A stretch of DNA of 64,000 bases from Candidatus Eiseniibacteriota bacterium (GTDB taxonomy: Bacteria > Eisenbacteria > RBG-16-71-46 > CAZAMP01). Below are positions 1-10,592 of this stretch, piece after piece (position 1 is the stretch's first letter; each line of letters begins with the position of its first letter). The notes below the pieces were generated by a model. The model did not search any database and had not been told where the DNA came from. It was given only the letters and a program-made list of their open reading frames with translations. The stretch is from the NCBI GenBank assembly GCA_965224245.1, contig OZ245046.1:1472001-1536000 (forward strand), written 5' to 3'. Made by a program: the position numbers and the translations under genes.

Positions 1-1
1 T

Positions 2-397
2 CCGACCGAGATCGAGGAATCCGAGGAAGCCAGCGAGGAAGAGACCATTGCTCCCACCGAGTTCGACGTGGAGGATCCCCCCGATCTCTTCGACGACGAC
101 GAGGGCTACGACTCCTTCTTCGCCTACGACACGGCGCCCGAGGTCGTGCGGTCGGTTCCGCCCGAGTATCCCGAGCTTGCGCGCCGCGCCGAGGCCGAGG
201 GCAAGGTGTGGATCCGGGTCACGATCAGCGAGACCGGCCGCGTGACGAAGGCCACCGTCGAGCGCTCGGAGGTGATTCCGAGCCTCGAGAAGGCGGCGGT
301 CGACGCCGCGATGCAGTGGCTCTTCCGTCCGGCCAAGCAGCGCGACAGGCCCGTCAAGGTGCAGATCGTGATCCCGTTCACGTTCTCGCTCAACTAG
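2..397 (+). CDS. TonB family energy transducer, C-terminal part (5' truncated by window edge)
   Basis: Acidic/Pro-rich linker followed by TonB_C motifs PEYPELARRAEAEGKVWIRVTISETG and AMQWLFRPAKQRDRPV; frame open from base 2. Confidence 0.85.
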   Translation, partial: PTEIEESEEASEEETIAPTEFDVEDPPDLFDDDEGYDSFFAYDTAPEVVRSVPPEYPELARRAEAEGKVWIRVTISETGRVTKATVERSEVIPSLEKAAVDAAMQWLFRPAKQRDRPVKVQIVIPFTFSLN

Positions 398-715
398 CGT
401 CGCACCAGCACGCGACCACGAGCACGGCGTCGACCGGGCCGATCCGGATGCCGTTCGACCGACTCACGGGGCGCCCACCGCGGGCGCCCCGTTCGATTCC
501 GTCCGTGCCCGAAACTGAAACCCGATCCCGCGTCCGGCGTACCTCGGCGAGTCCGGCACTCGGCTCTTGCCGAGACCGATCGGTGCCCCCAAGCTGTATC
601 GACTCGACGCGCGGACGACGCGCACCCACGCCACTCGCCCGCCGAGGCGATCGGACTCGTGTGGTCGTCAACGACGACGGCCGCCGCGTGGCGTGTCTCG
701 ATGAAAGGAGCTGTC

Positions 716-2089
716 ATGACCCACGGGGTCACTTCGCGTCCGGCCGGGCGCGCCCACGGACGCTTGGGGCTTCCAATCGTGCTCACCGTCTCGCTCGCCG
801 CCACGGCGCTGGCCCAGTCCGAGTCCCCGAGCTCGGAGCTGTCGCTGGCGGACTGTCTCCAGCTCGCGTTCAGCCAGAGCTCGGAGTACCGCGAGGCCGT
901 CGCCAACGCCGAGCTCTCGCGCGGTGGGGCCGTCAGCGCCTGGAGCAACGTGCTGCCGAACGTCTCGGCGAGCGCGTCCAAGACCCAGCGATCGAGCGGC
1001 GGCGAGCGGGTCACCGTCTCCGGCGTCGAGCAGTCCGCGACGTTCACCCAGTGGGGCATGTCCGGCTCGGTCCGGCAGAACCTGGTCGATCTCGAGAGCT
1101 ACTACCGCTTCCGTTCCAGCCGGCGCGACTGGACGGCCGCCCGGCACGGGCTCGAGGCGCGACGCCAGGACATCGCGCTGGACGTGGCGGGACGCTTCTT
1201 CGACGTCGTCACGGCGATGCGCACGGCCGATCTCCGGCGTGAGTCGCTCGGCCTCTCCGAGGATCAGCTCCGGCGCACCCAGGCACTCTACGACCTGGGC
1301 GCGGTGGCCAAGGCCGACGTGCTCGAGTCGCGCGTCAGCGTGAGCCGCGACAAGCGCGACCTCATCTCGGCGGAGAACGGGCTCGTCATCTCCAAAGGGC
1401 TCCTGAACCTCGCCATCGGGCGCGCGGCGGACTCCCCGCTGGAGATCGACTATCAGCCGTCGAACGTGCCCGAGACGCTGCCCAGCGTGGACGAGGCCCT
1501 GGCCACCGCCCGCGACGCGCGGCCGGACCTGCTCGAGACGCGCGCAGCCCTGGAGGCCGCCTCCCTGGAGAAGAAGTCCGCCTGGTGGGCCAACATGCCC
1601 TCTCTGACGGGCTCGCTCTCGTACGACAAGGACCTGCCGACCTTCGAGGACACCTTCGACTTCGGCGAGCTGAAGGGAGAGGGGAGTCGCTGGGGCTACA
1701 CGCTCTTCCTGAGTGTCCCGATCTTCGACGGTCTGGTCACGAAAGGGCAGAAGATCCGCGCCGCGGGCTCGCAGGTGGCCGCCGCCGAGGCGCTCGAGCG
1801 CACCGAGCGAACGGTGCTGTTCGAGGTCCGCCAGGCGCTCCTCGACATCGAGGCCGCCCGGGCCAGCCTCGAGGTCTCGGTGGAGGAGATCGCCTCCGCC
1901 GAGGAGAATCTGCGACTCCGCGAGGCGATGTACGATCAGGGCGCGGCCACGATCCTCGAGCTGATCCAGGCGCGGGTCGACCTCACCACGGCCCGGGCCG
2001 ATCAGATCGCCAACGAGACGGCGTTCGACCTGGCGTGGTACTCGTTCCGCAAGGCGATCGGTGATCCCCTGATGGGCGGCTCCGAGTAG
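716..2089 (+). CDS. TolC family outer membrane efflux protein
   Basis: Signal peptide, [10 protein letters not shown] start of OEP domain, LSVPIFDG and [15 protein letters not shown] motifs; AAAGGAG RBS before ATG 716. Confidence 0.85.
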   Translation: MTHGVTSRPAGRAHGRLGLPIVLTVSLAATALAQSESPSSELSLADCLQLAFSQSSEYREAVANAELSRGGAVSAWSNVLPNVSASASKTQRSSGGERVTVSGVEQSATFTQWGMSGSVRQNLVDLESYYRFRSSRRDWTAARHGLEARRQDIALDVAGRFFDVVTAMRTADLRRESLGLSEDQLRRTQALYDLGAVAKADVLESRVSVSRDKRDLISAENGLVISKGLLNLAIGRAADSPLEIDYQPSNVPETLPSVDEALATARDARPDLLETRAALEAASLEKKSAWWANMPSLTGSLSYDKDLPTFEDTFDFGELKGEGSRWGYTLFLSVPIFDGLVTKGQKIRAAGSQVAAAEALERTERTVLFEVRQALLDIEAARASLEVSVEEIASAEENLRLREAMYDQGAATILELIQARVDLTTARADQIANETAFDLAWYSFRKAIGDPLMGGSE

Positions 2090-2120
2090 TGCCCACGGCG
2101 CGCGCCGCCGAGCCGGCGCC

Positions 2121-2843
2121 GTGATCGCGGCGCCGCCCGGACCCCGCGCGCCTGCCGGCACCGGCCCCGTCATCCGCCTGGAGAACGTACACCGCCACTA
2201 CGACATGGGGGGGGCGCTGGTGCGCGCCCTCGACGGCGTGAGCCTGACCATCGAGCGCGGCGCCTACGTGGCGGTCATGGGATCGTCGGGGTCGGGCAAG
2301 AGCACGCTGATGAACGTGCTCGGCTGCCTGGACACTCCCACCGGGGGCGAGTACTGGCTGAACGGCCGCCCGGTCGCCGCCGAAGACGACGACCGACTTG
2401 CGCACACGCGAAACCGGGAGATCGGCTTCGTCTTCCAGACGTTCCACCTGCTGCCGCGAACCTCGGCGCTCGCCAACGTGGCGCTCCCGCTGGTCTACGC
2501 GGGGCTGACCCCGGCCGAGCGGGACGCGCGGTCCCGGCGCGCGCTCGAGATCGTCGGCCTCGCCGATCGCATGGCCCACGCCCCCAGCGAGCTGTCGGGA
2601 GGGCAGCGCCAGCGGGTGGCGATCGCGCGAGCCATCGTGAACGACCCCGCGATCGTGCTGGCCGACGAGCCCACCGGCAACCTGGACTCGGTCACGAGCG
2701 CGGACATCCTGACGCTCCTGGGCGAGCTGCACGCGCGGGGCACCACGCTCGTGCTCGTCACGCACGAGGCGGACGTGGCCGCGCACGCCGAGCGGATCAT
2801 CCGGCTGGCCGACGGTCGGATCGTGTCGGACACGACCGCGTGA
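2121..2843 (+). CDS. ABC transporter ATP-binding protein (MacB/LolD-like)
   Basis: Walker [10 protein letters not shown], signature LSGGQRQR, Walker B/D-loop [11 protein letters not shown]-loop VTHE. Confidence 0.9.
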   Translation: MIAAPPGPRAPAGTGPVIRLENVHRHYDMGGALVRALDGVSLTIERGAYVAVMGSSGSGKSTLMNVLGCLDTPTGGEYWLNGRPVAAEDDDRLAHTRNREIGFVFQTFHLLPRTSALANVALPLVYAGLTPAERDARSRRALEIVGLADRMAHAPSELSGGQRQRVAIARAIVNDPAIVLADEPTGNLDSVTSADILTLLGELHARGTTLVLVTHEADVAAHAERIIRLADGRIVSDTTA

Positions 2844-2942
2844 CCGGCGGGCGCGCGCGTTGACCGGAGCACCGATTACGGAGGTGACGGCGGCCGGCGC
2901 CGACGATCGTCGAGCAGGCTGGGCACGCGGGGAGCGGTCCGA

Positions 2943-2972
2943 TTGACCCTCGCTCCTGGGGGGCCGTATACT
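2943..2972 (+). promoter_or_regulatory. Putative sigma70-type promoter of uvrA
   Basis: TTGACC (2943-2948), 18 nt spacer, TATACT (2967-2972), about 70 nt upstream of uvrA ATG. Confidence 0.5.
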
Positions 2973-3041
2973 CGTCCGACCGGCATCTCATCCGACAGCG
3001 CTTCGTTTCCACCATCCCCGGCGCGAGCGAACGAACCGATC

Positions 3042-5918
3042 ATGGACGAAATCACCATTCGAGGTGCGCGCGAGCACAACCTCCAGGACATCTCCGTGCG
3101 CATTCCGCGCAACCGTCTCACCGTCATCACCGGCGTCTCGGGCTCCGGAAAGTCGTCGCTGGCCTTCGACACGATCTACGCCGAGGGACAGCGGCGCTAC
3201 GTCGAGTCCCTCTCGGCGTACGCACGGCAGTTCCTGGGCCGCATGCAGAAGCCCGACGTGGACCGGATCACGGGCCTCAGTCCGGCCATCGCGATCGAAC
3301 AGCGTACGACGTCACGCAATCCGCGCTCGACGGTGGCCACCACCACCGAGATCTACGACTACCTCCGCGTGCTCTACGCGCGCGCCGGGCGCCAGCACTG
3401 TCATCGTTGCGGACATCGCATCGGGGGACAGACGGTGGTGCAGATGGTCGATCGCCTGCTCGAGCTTCCCGGCGGCACGCGCCTGACGATCCACGCGCCG
3501 ATCGTGCGCGGGCGCAAGGGCGAGTACCGGAAGGAGCTCGACGCGCTCCGGCGGCAGGGCTACGTCCGGGTGCGGATCGACGGCGACGTGCACGAGCTGG
3601 ACGAGGACATCGCGCTGGACAAGCGCAAGCGCCACACGATCGAGGCCGTCATCGATCGCATCAAGGTCGAGCCCCGCTCGCGCACGCGCCTTCACGAGTC
3701 CATGGAAGCGGCGCTCCACCTCGCCGACGGGCTGGCCAGCGTCGACGCGACCGGTGGCAAGGGCGGTCCGATCCGGACGCTGGAGTTCAGCGACAAGGCC
3801 GTGTGCACCAGCTGCGGCATCTCGTTCCCGCCGCTCGATCCGCGGAACTTCTCGTTCAACTCGCCCTACGGCGCGTGTCCCGATTGCGAGGGGCTGGGCA
3901 TGACGCGCACCGTGGATCCGGCCCTCGCCGTGAACGCGGACCTGAGCCTTCGCGAGGGCGCGCTCTCGGGGTGGAAGAACCTCGAGGGGTGGTCGGGCAA
4001 CGTGCTCCAGGCGGTGGCCGAGGCCTACGACATCGATCTGGACCGCCCATTCAAGAAGCTCACCAAGCGCGCGCGACGCGTGCTCCTGGAGGGCACCGGC
4101 GAGAAGGAAGTCTCGGTCAAGATCACCCGGAAGAAGGGCAAGATCGAGTGGCGTACGCGGTTTCCCGGCGTGATCCCGGCGCTGATGAAGCGCTATCGCG
4201 AGACGTCGAGCGATCACGTGCGGGGGAAGATCGACGAGCTGATGACCGAGCAGCCGTGTCCGGCGTGCGAGGGGAGTCGCCTGCGTCCCGAGTCGGCCGC
4301 GGTGCGGGTCGGGGACCACCGCATCCACGAGATCGTGGCGCTCGACGTCGGACATGCCGTGGCCGTGGTGGACGGGCTCGAGCTGAGCGAGCGCGAGGCC
4401 GAGATCGCCGCACCGATCGTCAAGGAGATCCGCTCGCGCCTGTGCTTCCTCGCCGACGTGGGGCTCGACTACCTCACCCTGGATCGTGCGTCGGGCACCC
4501 TGTCGGGGGGCGAGGCGCAGCGCATCCGGCTGGCCACGCAGATCGGCTCGCAGCTGACGGGCGTCCTCTACGTGCTCGACGAGCCGTCGATCGGTCTCCA
4601 CCACCGCGACAACGCGAAGCTCCTGTCCACGCTCCAGCACCTCCGGGATCTCGGGAACACGGTCCTCGTGGTCGAGCACGACGAGGAGACGATGCGCGAA
4701 GCCGACTACGTGATCGACCTCGGTCCCGGCGCCGGGCGACACGGTGGCTGCGTGGTGGCCGCGGGCACGCCGGCCGAGGTCACGGCCACCGAGGCGAGCC
4801 TCACCGGACGGTATCTCGCCGGTCAGGATCAGATCCCGGTGCCGCCGGCGCGCCGCCCCGGCAGCGGCGAGGCGCTGGTCGTGCACGGGGCGTCGGCCAA
4901 CAACCTCCGCGATCTGGACGTGACGTTTCCGCTGGGGACCTTCACCTGCGTCACCGGCGTCTCGGGATCGGGGAAGAGCACGCTCGTGCGCCAGGTGCTC
5001 TACCACACGCTCGCGCGGCAGCTCCACCGGGCCAAGCTCACCCCGGGCGGCCACCGGCGGATCGCGGGGCTCGAGCACGTGGACAAGGTCATCGAGATCG
5101 ACCAGAGCCCGATCGGCCGGACGCCGCGCTCCAACCCGGCCACGTACACCGGTGCGTTCGGGCACGTTCGCGATCTCTTCGCGCAGCTCCCCGAGTCGCG
5201 CGTACGGGGCTACAAGCCGGGGCGCTTCTCGTTCAACGTGACCGGGGGGCGCTGCGAGGCGTGCCTGGGCGACGGCGTGGTCAAGATCGAGATGCACTTC
5301 CTGCCCGACGTGTACGTGAAGTGCGATGCCTGCGGGGGCCGGCGCTATCATCGCGAGACGCTCGAGGTGACCTATCGCGGCAAGTCCATCGCCGACGTGC
5401 TCGACTTGACGGTGGAGGAGGCGCTGGAGTTCCTCGACGCGATCCCGGCGCTCAAGCGCAAGCTCGGTGTGCTGAACGACGTCGGGCTCGGCTACATCCA
5501 CCTGGGTCAGCCGGCCACGACGCTCTCGGGCGGTGAGGCGCAGCGCGTGAAGCTGGCCACCGAGCTCTCACGGGTGGCAACCGGGCGGACGGTCTACATC
5601 CTCGACGAGCCCACGACGGGACTCCACTTCCACGACATCCGGATCCTCCTGGACGTGCTCCAGTCGCTCGTGGATCGCGGCAACACGGTGATCGTCATCG
5701 AGCATCAGCTCGACGTCATCAAGTGCGCCGATCACGTGATCGACCTCGGACCGGACGGCGGGGAGCGCGGGGGCACGGTCGTGGCCGCGGGGACCCCCGA
5801 GCAGGTGGCCGGCGTCCGCGCGTCGTACACGGGACAGGCGCTGTCGGTGGCGCTGGGGATGCGGCGCCGAGCGGGCCGGAGGCGCGCCTCCGATCAGCTG
5901 GGATCGGCGGCCGGCTGA
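3042..5918 (+). CDS. uvrA: Excinuclease ABC subunit A
   Basis: IRGAREHNL start, two ABC ATPase domains ([33 protein letters not shown]), LSGGEAQR twice, CxxC zinc motifs. Confidence 0.97.
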   Translation: MDEITIRGAREHNLQDISVRIPRNRLTVITGVSGSGKSSLAFDTIYAEGQRRYVESLSAYARQFLGRMQKPDVDRITGLSPAIAIEQRTTSRNPRSTVATTTEIYDYLRVLYARAGRQHCHRCGHRIGGQTVVQMVDRLLELPGGTRLTIHAPIVRGRKGEYRKELDALRRQGYVRVRIDGDVHELDEDIALDKRKRHTIEAVIDRIKVEPRSRTRLHESMEAALHLADGLASVDATGGKGGPIRTLEFSDKAVCTSCGISFPPLDPRNFSFNSPYGACPDCEGLGMTRTVDPALAVNADLSLREGALSGWKNLEGWSGNVLQAVAEAYDIDLDRPFKKLTKRARRVLLEGTGEKEVSVKITRKKGKIEWRTRFPGVIPALMKRYRETSSDHVRGKIDELMTEQPCPACEGSRLRPESAAVRVGDHRIHEIVALDVGHAVAVVDGLELSEREAEIAAPIVKEIRSRLCFLADVGLDYLTLDRASGTLSGGEAQRIRLATQIGSQLTGVLYVLDEPSIGLHHRDNAKLLSTLQHLRDLGNTVLVVEHDEETMREADYVIDLGPGAGRHGGCVVAAGTPAEVTATEASLTGRYLAGQDQIPVPPARRPGSGEALVVHGASANNLRDLDVTFPLGTFTCVTGVSGSGKSTLVRQVLYHTLARQLHRAKLTPGGHRRIAGLEHVDKVIEIDQSPIGRTPRSNPATYTGAFGHVRDLFAQLPESRVRGYKPGRFSFNVTGGRCEACLGDGVVKIEMHFLPDVYVKCDACGGRRYHRETLEVTYRGKSIADVLDLTVEEALEFLDAIPALKRKLGVLNDVGLGYIHLGQPATTLSGGEAQRVKLATELSRVATGRTVYILDEPTTGLHFHDIRILLDVLQSLVDRGNTVIVIEHQLDVIKCADHVIDLGPDGGERGGTVVAAGTPEQVAGVRASYTGQALSVALGMRRRAGRRRASDQLGSAAG

Positions 5919-6165
5919 TCGCCGTGCCTCGACGTCCGGCGCGGGAAGTTCGTCCCACGAAACGGGTTCGGACCGCACCCACCGGTTCGCGCGACCTTGA
6001 CGGGCCTCCGGAAATGGGGGATCCTTCGCGTTCGCGTTTCGCACGCGCGCCGTCACGTAACTCTCTGAATCCGTGGAACATTGCGCGTACCCCCGCGGCG
6101 ACCCGGGCCCTCGCGGACCCCGGCCCGCGCCGAGTGCGCCCACCCGCGCGGGAGCGCCACCGGAC

Positions 6166-7287
6166 ATGTCCGCCGATCCCAACCCTCCGGGCGACACCGC
6201 ACGCCGGACGCCGGTTCACGACCGCTACGCCGACCACGGCGCGCGTCTGACGGAGTTCGCCGGCTGGACGATGCCCGTTCAGTTCGAGGGGGTCATGGCC
6301 GAGCACCGCGCCGTGCGGACGCGCGCCGGACTGTTCGACGTCAGCCACATGGCCCGGTTCGACGTGGGCGGACCCGGCGCCGAGGCGTTCCTCGATGGTC
6401 TCCTGACCAACGATCCGCGAAAGCTCGCCCCCGGGGCGCTCTTCTACACCGCGCTGTGCCAGGAGGACGGGGGCACGATCGACGATCTCGTCGTGTACCG
6501 TCTCGCCGATCGATTCCTCGTCGTGGCCAACGCCGCGAACCACGATGCGGTGTGGAGCTGGTTCACCCGGCACGCCGGCGACGGCGTCGTCCTGACCGAT
6601 CGGACCCATGCGATCGCGCAGCTCGCGCTCCAGGGGCCTCGAAGCCAGTCCGTCCTGGGCCGTGTGCTCGCCGCCGATCTCGACGCGATCGGCTACTACC
6701 AATGGGCCGAGGTCAGCTTCAAGGGGCGGCCGATGCTGATCTCCCGGAACGGCTACACCGGGGAGGACGGCTTCGAGCTGTACCCGGTGCGCGACGATGC
6801 GGGGGATCTGTGGCGGGCCCTGTTCGAGGCCGGTGGCGACGAGCTGTCACCGGTCGGTCTGGGCGCCCGCGATACGTTGCGCCTCGAGGTCGGCTTCGCG
6901 CTCTACGGCCACGAGCTCTCGCGCGAGACGACGCCGGTCGAGGGCGGCATCGGCTGGGTGGTGAAGACGAAGGAGCGCACCTTCGTCGGTCACGAGCGGC
7001 TGCGGGCGCAGAAGAAGAAGGACGGGCTCTCCCGGGGCCTCGTGGGCCTGGAGTTCGAGGGCCGGCTGATCGGCCGCCAGGGCGCGCGCGTGATGCGCGA
7101 CGGACGAGACGTCGGCGAGGTCACGAGCGGCACGTTCGGGCCCTCGGTGGAGAAAGGCATCGCGCTGGCGATCCTCGACACGGCGGCATCCGACGCCGGC
7201 ACCGCGGTCGAGGTGGACGTGCGGGGGCGCGCGGTCCGGGCGACGATCACGACGCTGCCGTTCTACACGGAGGGATCACATCGTTGA
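6166..7287 (+). CDS. gcvT: Glycine cleavage system aminomethyltransferase T
   Basis: RTPVHD..HGARLTEFAGWTMPVQF, GLFDVSHM, GYTGEDGFE, GLGARDTLRLEVG motifs. Confidence 0.95.
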   Translation: MSADPNPPGDTARRTPVHDRYADHGARLTEFAGWTMPVQFEGVMAEHRAVRTRAGLFDVSHMARFDVGGPGAEAFLDGLLTNDPRKLAPGALFYTALCQEDGGTIDDLVVYRLADRFLVVANAANHDAVWSWFTRHAGDGVVLTDRTHAIAQLALQGPRSQSVLGRVLAADLDAIGYYQWAEVSFKGRPMLISRNGYTGEDGFELYPVRDDAGDLWRALFEAGGDELSPVGLGARDTLRLEVGFALYGHELSRETTPVEGGIGWVVKTKERTFVGHERLRAQKKKDGLSRGLVGLEFEGRLIGRQGARVMRDGRDVGEVTSGTFGPSVEKGIALAILDTAASDAGTAVEVDVRGRAVRATITTLPFYTEGSHR

Positions 7288-7395
7288 CACGCGACGTCGT
7301 CTCACGACCGTGGCCGCGGTCACACGGGGGCGAGGTCGCTCGATGATCTGTGGATGGGTCGGGCCCGGCGCGGCTGCCGACCGGAGGGGGTTCTC

Positions 7396-7779
7396 GTGAG
7401 CGAGATCCGTGACGATCTCCGATACACGTCCGAGCACGAGTGGGTTCGCCTCGACGGCGACGAGGCCGTCGTCGGGATCACGGACTACGCACAGGGCGAG
7501 CTCGGAGACATGGTCTACATCGAGCTTCCGGAGGTCGGAAGCACGATCACGTACATGGAGGCGTTCGGGACCGTCGAGGCGGTCAAGGCCGCCAGCGATC
7601 TGTACGCGCCCGTCACCGGCGAGGTCGTCGACGTGAACACGGCATTGGCCGAGGATCCGGCGCTCGTGAACTCGTCTCCGTACGAGGAGGGCTGGTTCGT
7701 GCGCGTCAGGATCACCGACAGCTCGAAGCTGGACGACCTGCTGGCGGCCGACGCCTACAAGGAATCCATCGGCGAGTGA
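7396..7779 (+). CDS. gcvH: Glycine cleavage system H protein
   Basis: YTSEHEWV, GITDYAQGELGD, lipoyl-Lys motif VEAVKAASDLYAP, NSSPYEEGW; GGAGG RBS before GTG 7396. Confidence 0.95.
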   Translation: MSEIRDDLRYTSEHEWVRLDGDEAVVGITDYAQGELGDMVYIELPEVGSTITYMEAFGTVEAVKAASDLYAPVTGEVVDVNTALAEDPALVNSSPYEEGWFVRVRITDSSKLDDLLAADAYKESIGE

Positions 7780-8342
7780 CCGACCCGAACCACGATGCGA
7801 CGCGGGCGGCCATCTCGGACGGCCCGGCGGCCGGCCCGGACACGGCGGTCGAGTGGCAGGCGTGGCCGCTCCGCGAGCGACCGGTCGCCGGCGGGGTGGC
7901 GTTCGTCGTGATCGTGGGCTCGGGAGTCGCGGTGGTCGCGATCGGCGGTCACGTGCTCTTCGGATTGATCGCGGTGGCGGTGCTGTTCGGGTCGTTGAAC
8001 CCGTTCTTCTCGCCGACGCGGTTTCGCCTGGACGAGGACGGCGTTCGCGTCGAGCGGTGGCCGGTCACGAAGGTCCGCGCCTGGCACGAGATCCGTGCCT
8101 GCTACGTCGACGCCCGCGGCGCGACGCTGAGCCCGTTCGTGGGGCGGCCGTGGCTCGAGCCGTATCGCGCGATCCGGCTGCTGTTCGCCGGACACGACGC
8201 GGCCGGCGGTGGCACGGGCGGGTCTCGCGAGCAGGTGGTGGCGTTCATCGGGTCGCATTGGGAGGGAGAGATCACGCGTGTGGGAGTGGCTTCTGGGGCG
8301 GCGACCGAGCCCGGATCGGAGCCCCGGACACCCGCCGGTTGA
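7776..8342 (+). CDS. Hypothetical membrane protein (two TM helices plus short beta domain)
   Basis: GTG overlaps gcvH stop (GTGA); hydrophobic hairpin then FFSPTRFRLDEDGV..W..IR, LSPF. Confidence 0.65.
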   Translation: MTDPNHDATRAAISDGPAAGPDTAVEWQAWPLRERPVAGGVAFVVIVGSGVAVVAIGGHVLFGLIAVAVLFGSLNPFFSPTRFRLDEDGVRVERWPVTKVRAWHEIRACYVDARGATLSPFVGRPWLEPYRAIRLLFAGHDAAGGGTGGSREQVVAFIGSHWEGEITRVGVASGAATEPGSEPRTPAG

Positions 8343-8733
8343 CGGCGAGTCCACGTCGTCGGGCTCGCCCGACGGCGCGTCGTCGGACGCGCTCGACGAG
8401 ACGACCGACGAGGAGCTCCTGGAGCGCGTGGCCCGGGCAATCGTACTGCGCCGGATGGGCATGCCGGCGATACTCTTTCTGGAGAGCTCGAAGCCGCTCA
8501 GCTTCATCGGTAGCCAGTTCATGGTGTTCATGGAGCCGTTCGTGAAGACGTTCTTCACGGTGCGGAGCTACGAGCGGTTCGCGGAGATGATGGAGGACCG
8601 TGACAACTACGAGCGCCTGATCACGAAGATCGAGGCGCACGAGGCGGCGCGCGTTCGCGAGGAGAAGGCCGGAAAGGCCGCGCGGACGGGCGGAGGCGGT
8701 TCACGGTCACGTGATGAAGAAGGCGGGACGTGA
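8278..8733 (+). CDS. Hypothetical protein preceding GlmL-like ATPase (start uncertain)
   Basis: Ordered core RMGMPAILFLESSKPLSFIGSQFMVFMEPFV; stop overlaps ATG of next gene. Confidence 0.6.
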   Translation: MWEWLLGRRPSPDRSPGHPPVDGESTSSGSPDGASSDALDETTDEELLERVARAIVLRRMGMPAILFLESSKPLSFIGSQFMVFMEPFVKTFFTVRSYERFAEMMEDRDNYERLITKIEAHEAARVREEKAGKAARTGGGGSRSRDEEGGT

Positions 8734-10583
8734 TGGCAAACCGGAACATCGATCCGTCGTCGATCCGATCGGTGCTCGCCACCGACTGCGGAAGTACGAC
8801 CACCAAGGCCATTCTGATCGAGCGCGTCGACGGCGAGTATCGTCAGACGGTTCGAGGCGAGGCGCCGACCACGGTGGAAGCGCCGTTCGAGGACGTGACC
8901 CGTGGCGTCCTGAACGCGATCAAGGAGCTCGAGGAGCTGGCGGGTCGGAGGTTCCTGGACGGCGAGACGATCATCACGCCGCAGAACGGCGACGAGGGCG
9001 TGGATCTGTACCTCTCCACGTCCTCGGCGGGCGGCGGTCTGCAGATGATGGTCACCGGCGTGGTGAAGGCCATGACCGGCGAGAGCGCCGAGCGAGCCGC
9101 ACTCGGAGCCGGCGCGATCGTCATGGACACGGTCGCGTCCAACGACGGGCGTCTGCCGCACGAGAAGATCCGCCTGATCCGAAACCTCCGTCCCGACATG
9201 ATCCTGCTCTCCGGCGGGGTGGACGGCGGCACCAAGACCCACGTCGTCGAGCTGGCGCAGCTCATCGGCGCCGCGGCCCCCAAGGCCCGCCTGGGCGCCG
9301 GCTACGAGCTTCCGGTCATCTTCGCCGGCAACCAGGACGCGCGCGGGGACGTCGAGGAGGAGCTGGGCGACAAGACCGCGCTCTCGGTCGTCGACAACAT
9401 CCGGCCCACGATGGAGCTCGAGAACCTGATGCCGGCGCGCCACGCGATCCATGACCTGTTCATGGAGCACGTGATGGCGCATGCGCCGGGCTACAAGACG
9501 CTCATGAGCTGGACCGACGCGCCCATCATGCCGACGCCGGCCGCCGTGGGCTCGATCATCCAGAAGGTGGCCGAGCAGCGTGACATCTCGGTGATCGGCG
9601 TCGACATCGGCGGGGCCACCACCGACGTGTTCAGCGTGTTCCAGGACACGTTCAACCGCACCGTGAGCGCGAACCTCGGCATGAGCTACTCGATCTCCAA
9701 CGTGCTCGCCGAGGCCGGGATCGACAACGTGATCCGATGGGTCCCCATCGACGACGTGGATGAGGCCGAGCTCCGGAACCGGATCAAGAACAAGATGATC
9801 CGCCCCACGACGATCCCGCAGGCCCTGAGCGAGCTCATGATCGAGCAGGCGATCGCGCGCGAGGCGCTCCGCCTGGCGTTCGAGCAGCACAAGAACCTCG
9901 CGGTGGGGCTGAAGGGCGTTCAGCAGGAGCGCACGATCTCCGACACGTTCGAGCAGTCGTCCACCGGCGCCACGCTGATCAACCTCCTGGATCTGGACCT
10001 GCTCGTCGGCTCGGGAGGCGTGCTCTCGCACGCGCCGCGGCGCCGGCAGTCGGCGGCGATGTTGCTGGATGCGTTCCTCCCCGAGGGCTTCACCACGCTG
10101 GCGGTGGACTCGATCTTCATGATGCCCCAGCTCGGCGTGCTGGCGCCGATTCACGGCGAAGCGGCCACGCAGGTGTTCGAGCGGGACTGCCTGATCATCC
10201 TGGGACCGAGCGTGGCGCCGATCGGCAACGCCAAGCCGGGCGAGAAGGTCATGGACGTCACGCTGGACGTGGAGGGGGGCGAGGCCATCCGCGAGACGAT
10301 CACCCACGGCCAGCTGAAGCTGATCCCGTTCGGGCTCGAGCAGTCCGGTCGGCTCACGGTCGAGCCCACCAAGAAGTTCGACATGGGCGCCGGGCGTGGC
10401 AAGCCCGCCAGTCGTCTGGTCAAGGGCGGCGTCGTCGGACTGATCCTCGACGGTCGCGGGCGCCGCCCGTTCACGATCCCGACCGCGCCCGCCGACCGCA
10501 TCGGCAAGCTCCAGGAGTGGTACGCGGCGCTCGATCTCTACCCGGCTCGCGACGCGGTCGCGGCCCAAGCGGCGCACGCGTAG
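8733..10583 (+). CDS. Glutamate mutase L (GlmL/MutL) family ASKHA-fold ATPase
   Basis: Phosphate-1 ATDCGSTTTK, SSAGGGL, LLSGGVDGG, IMPTPAAV, phosphate-2 VDIGGATTDVFS, RTVSANLGMSYS, GSGGVLSH. Confidence 0.85.
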   Translation: MANRNIDPSSIRSVLATDCGSTTTKAILIERVDGEYRQTVRGEAPTTVEAPFEDVTRGVLNAIKELEELAGRRFLDGETIITPQNGDEGVDLYLSTSSAGGGLQMMVTGVVKAMTGESAERAALGAGAIVMDTVASNDGRLPHEKIRLIRNLRPDMILLSGGVDGGTKTHVVELAQLIGAAAPKARLGAGYELPVIFAGNQDARGDVEEELGDKTALSVVDNIRPTMELENLMPARHAIHDLFMEHVMAHAPGYKTLMSWTDAPIMPTPAAVGSIIQKVAEQRDISVIGVDIGGATTDVFSVFQDTFNRTVSANLGMSYSISNVLAEAGIDNVIRWVPIDDVDEAELRNRIKNKMIRPTTIPQALSELMIEQAIAREALRLAFEQHKNLAVGLKGVQQERTISDTFEQSSTGATLINLLDLDLLVGSGGVLSHAPRRRQSAAMLLDAFLPEGFTTLAVDSIFMMPQLGVLAPIHGEAATQVFERDCLIILGPSVAPIGNAKPGEKVMDVTLDVEGGEAIRETITHGQLKLIPFGLEQSGRLTVEPTKKFDMGAGRGKPASRLVKGGVVGLILDGRGRRPFTIPTAPADRIGKLQEWYAALDLYPARDAVAAQAAHA

Positions 10584-10592
10584 GAGGGACCC

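Noticed and set aside
3312-5536. Long antisense and alternate-frame ORFs over uvrA (and similar ones throughout the window, e.g. 8607..11090, 37983..40370, 57008..59077)
   Set aside because: These are Arg/Pro/Gly-rich shadow ORFs expected from high GC3 codon bias and overlap well-supported genes.
5919-6165. Glycine riboswitch upstream of gcvT
   Set aside because: The conserved GGAGA..CCGAAG..CTCTCAGG elements were not found; an Rfam scan would be needed to exclude a divergent copy.
8733-10583. Calling the cluster a glutamate mutase operon or the gene a mismatch-repair mutL
   Set aside because: No GlmE/GlmS or B12-binding subunit is present in the window, and the motifs are ASKHA-type, not GHKL-type.
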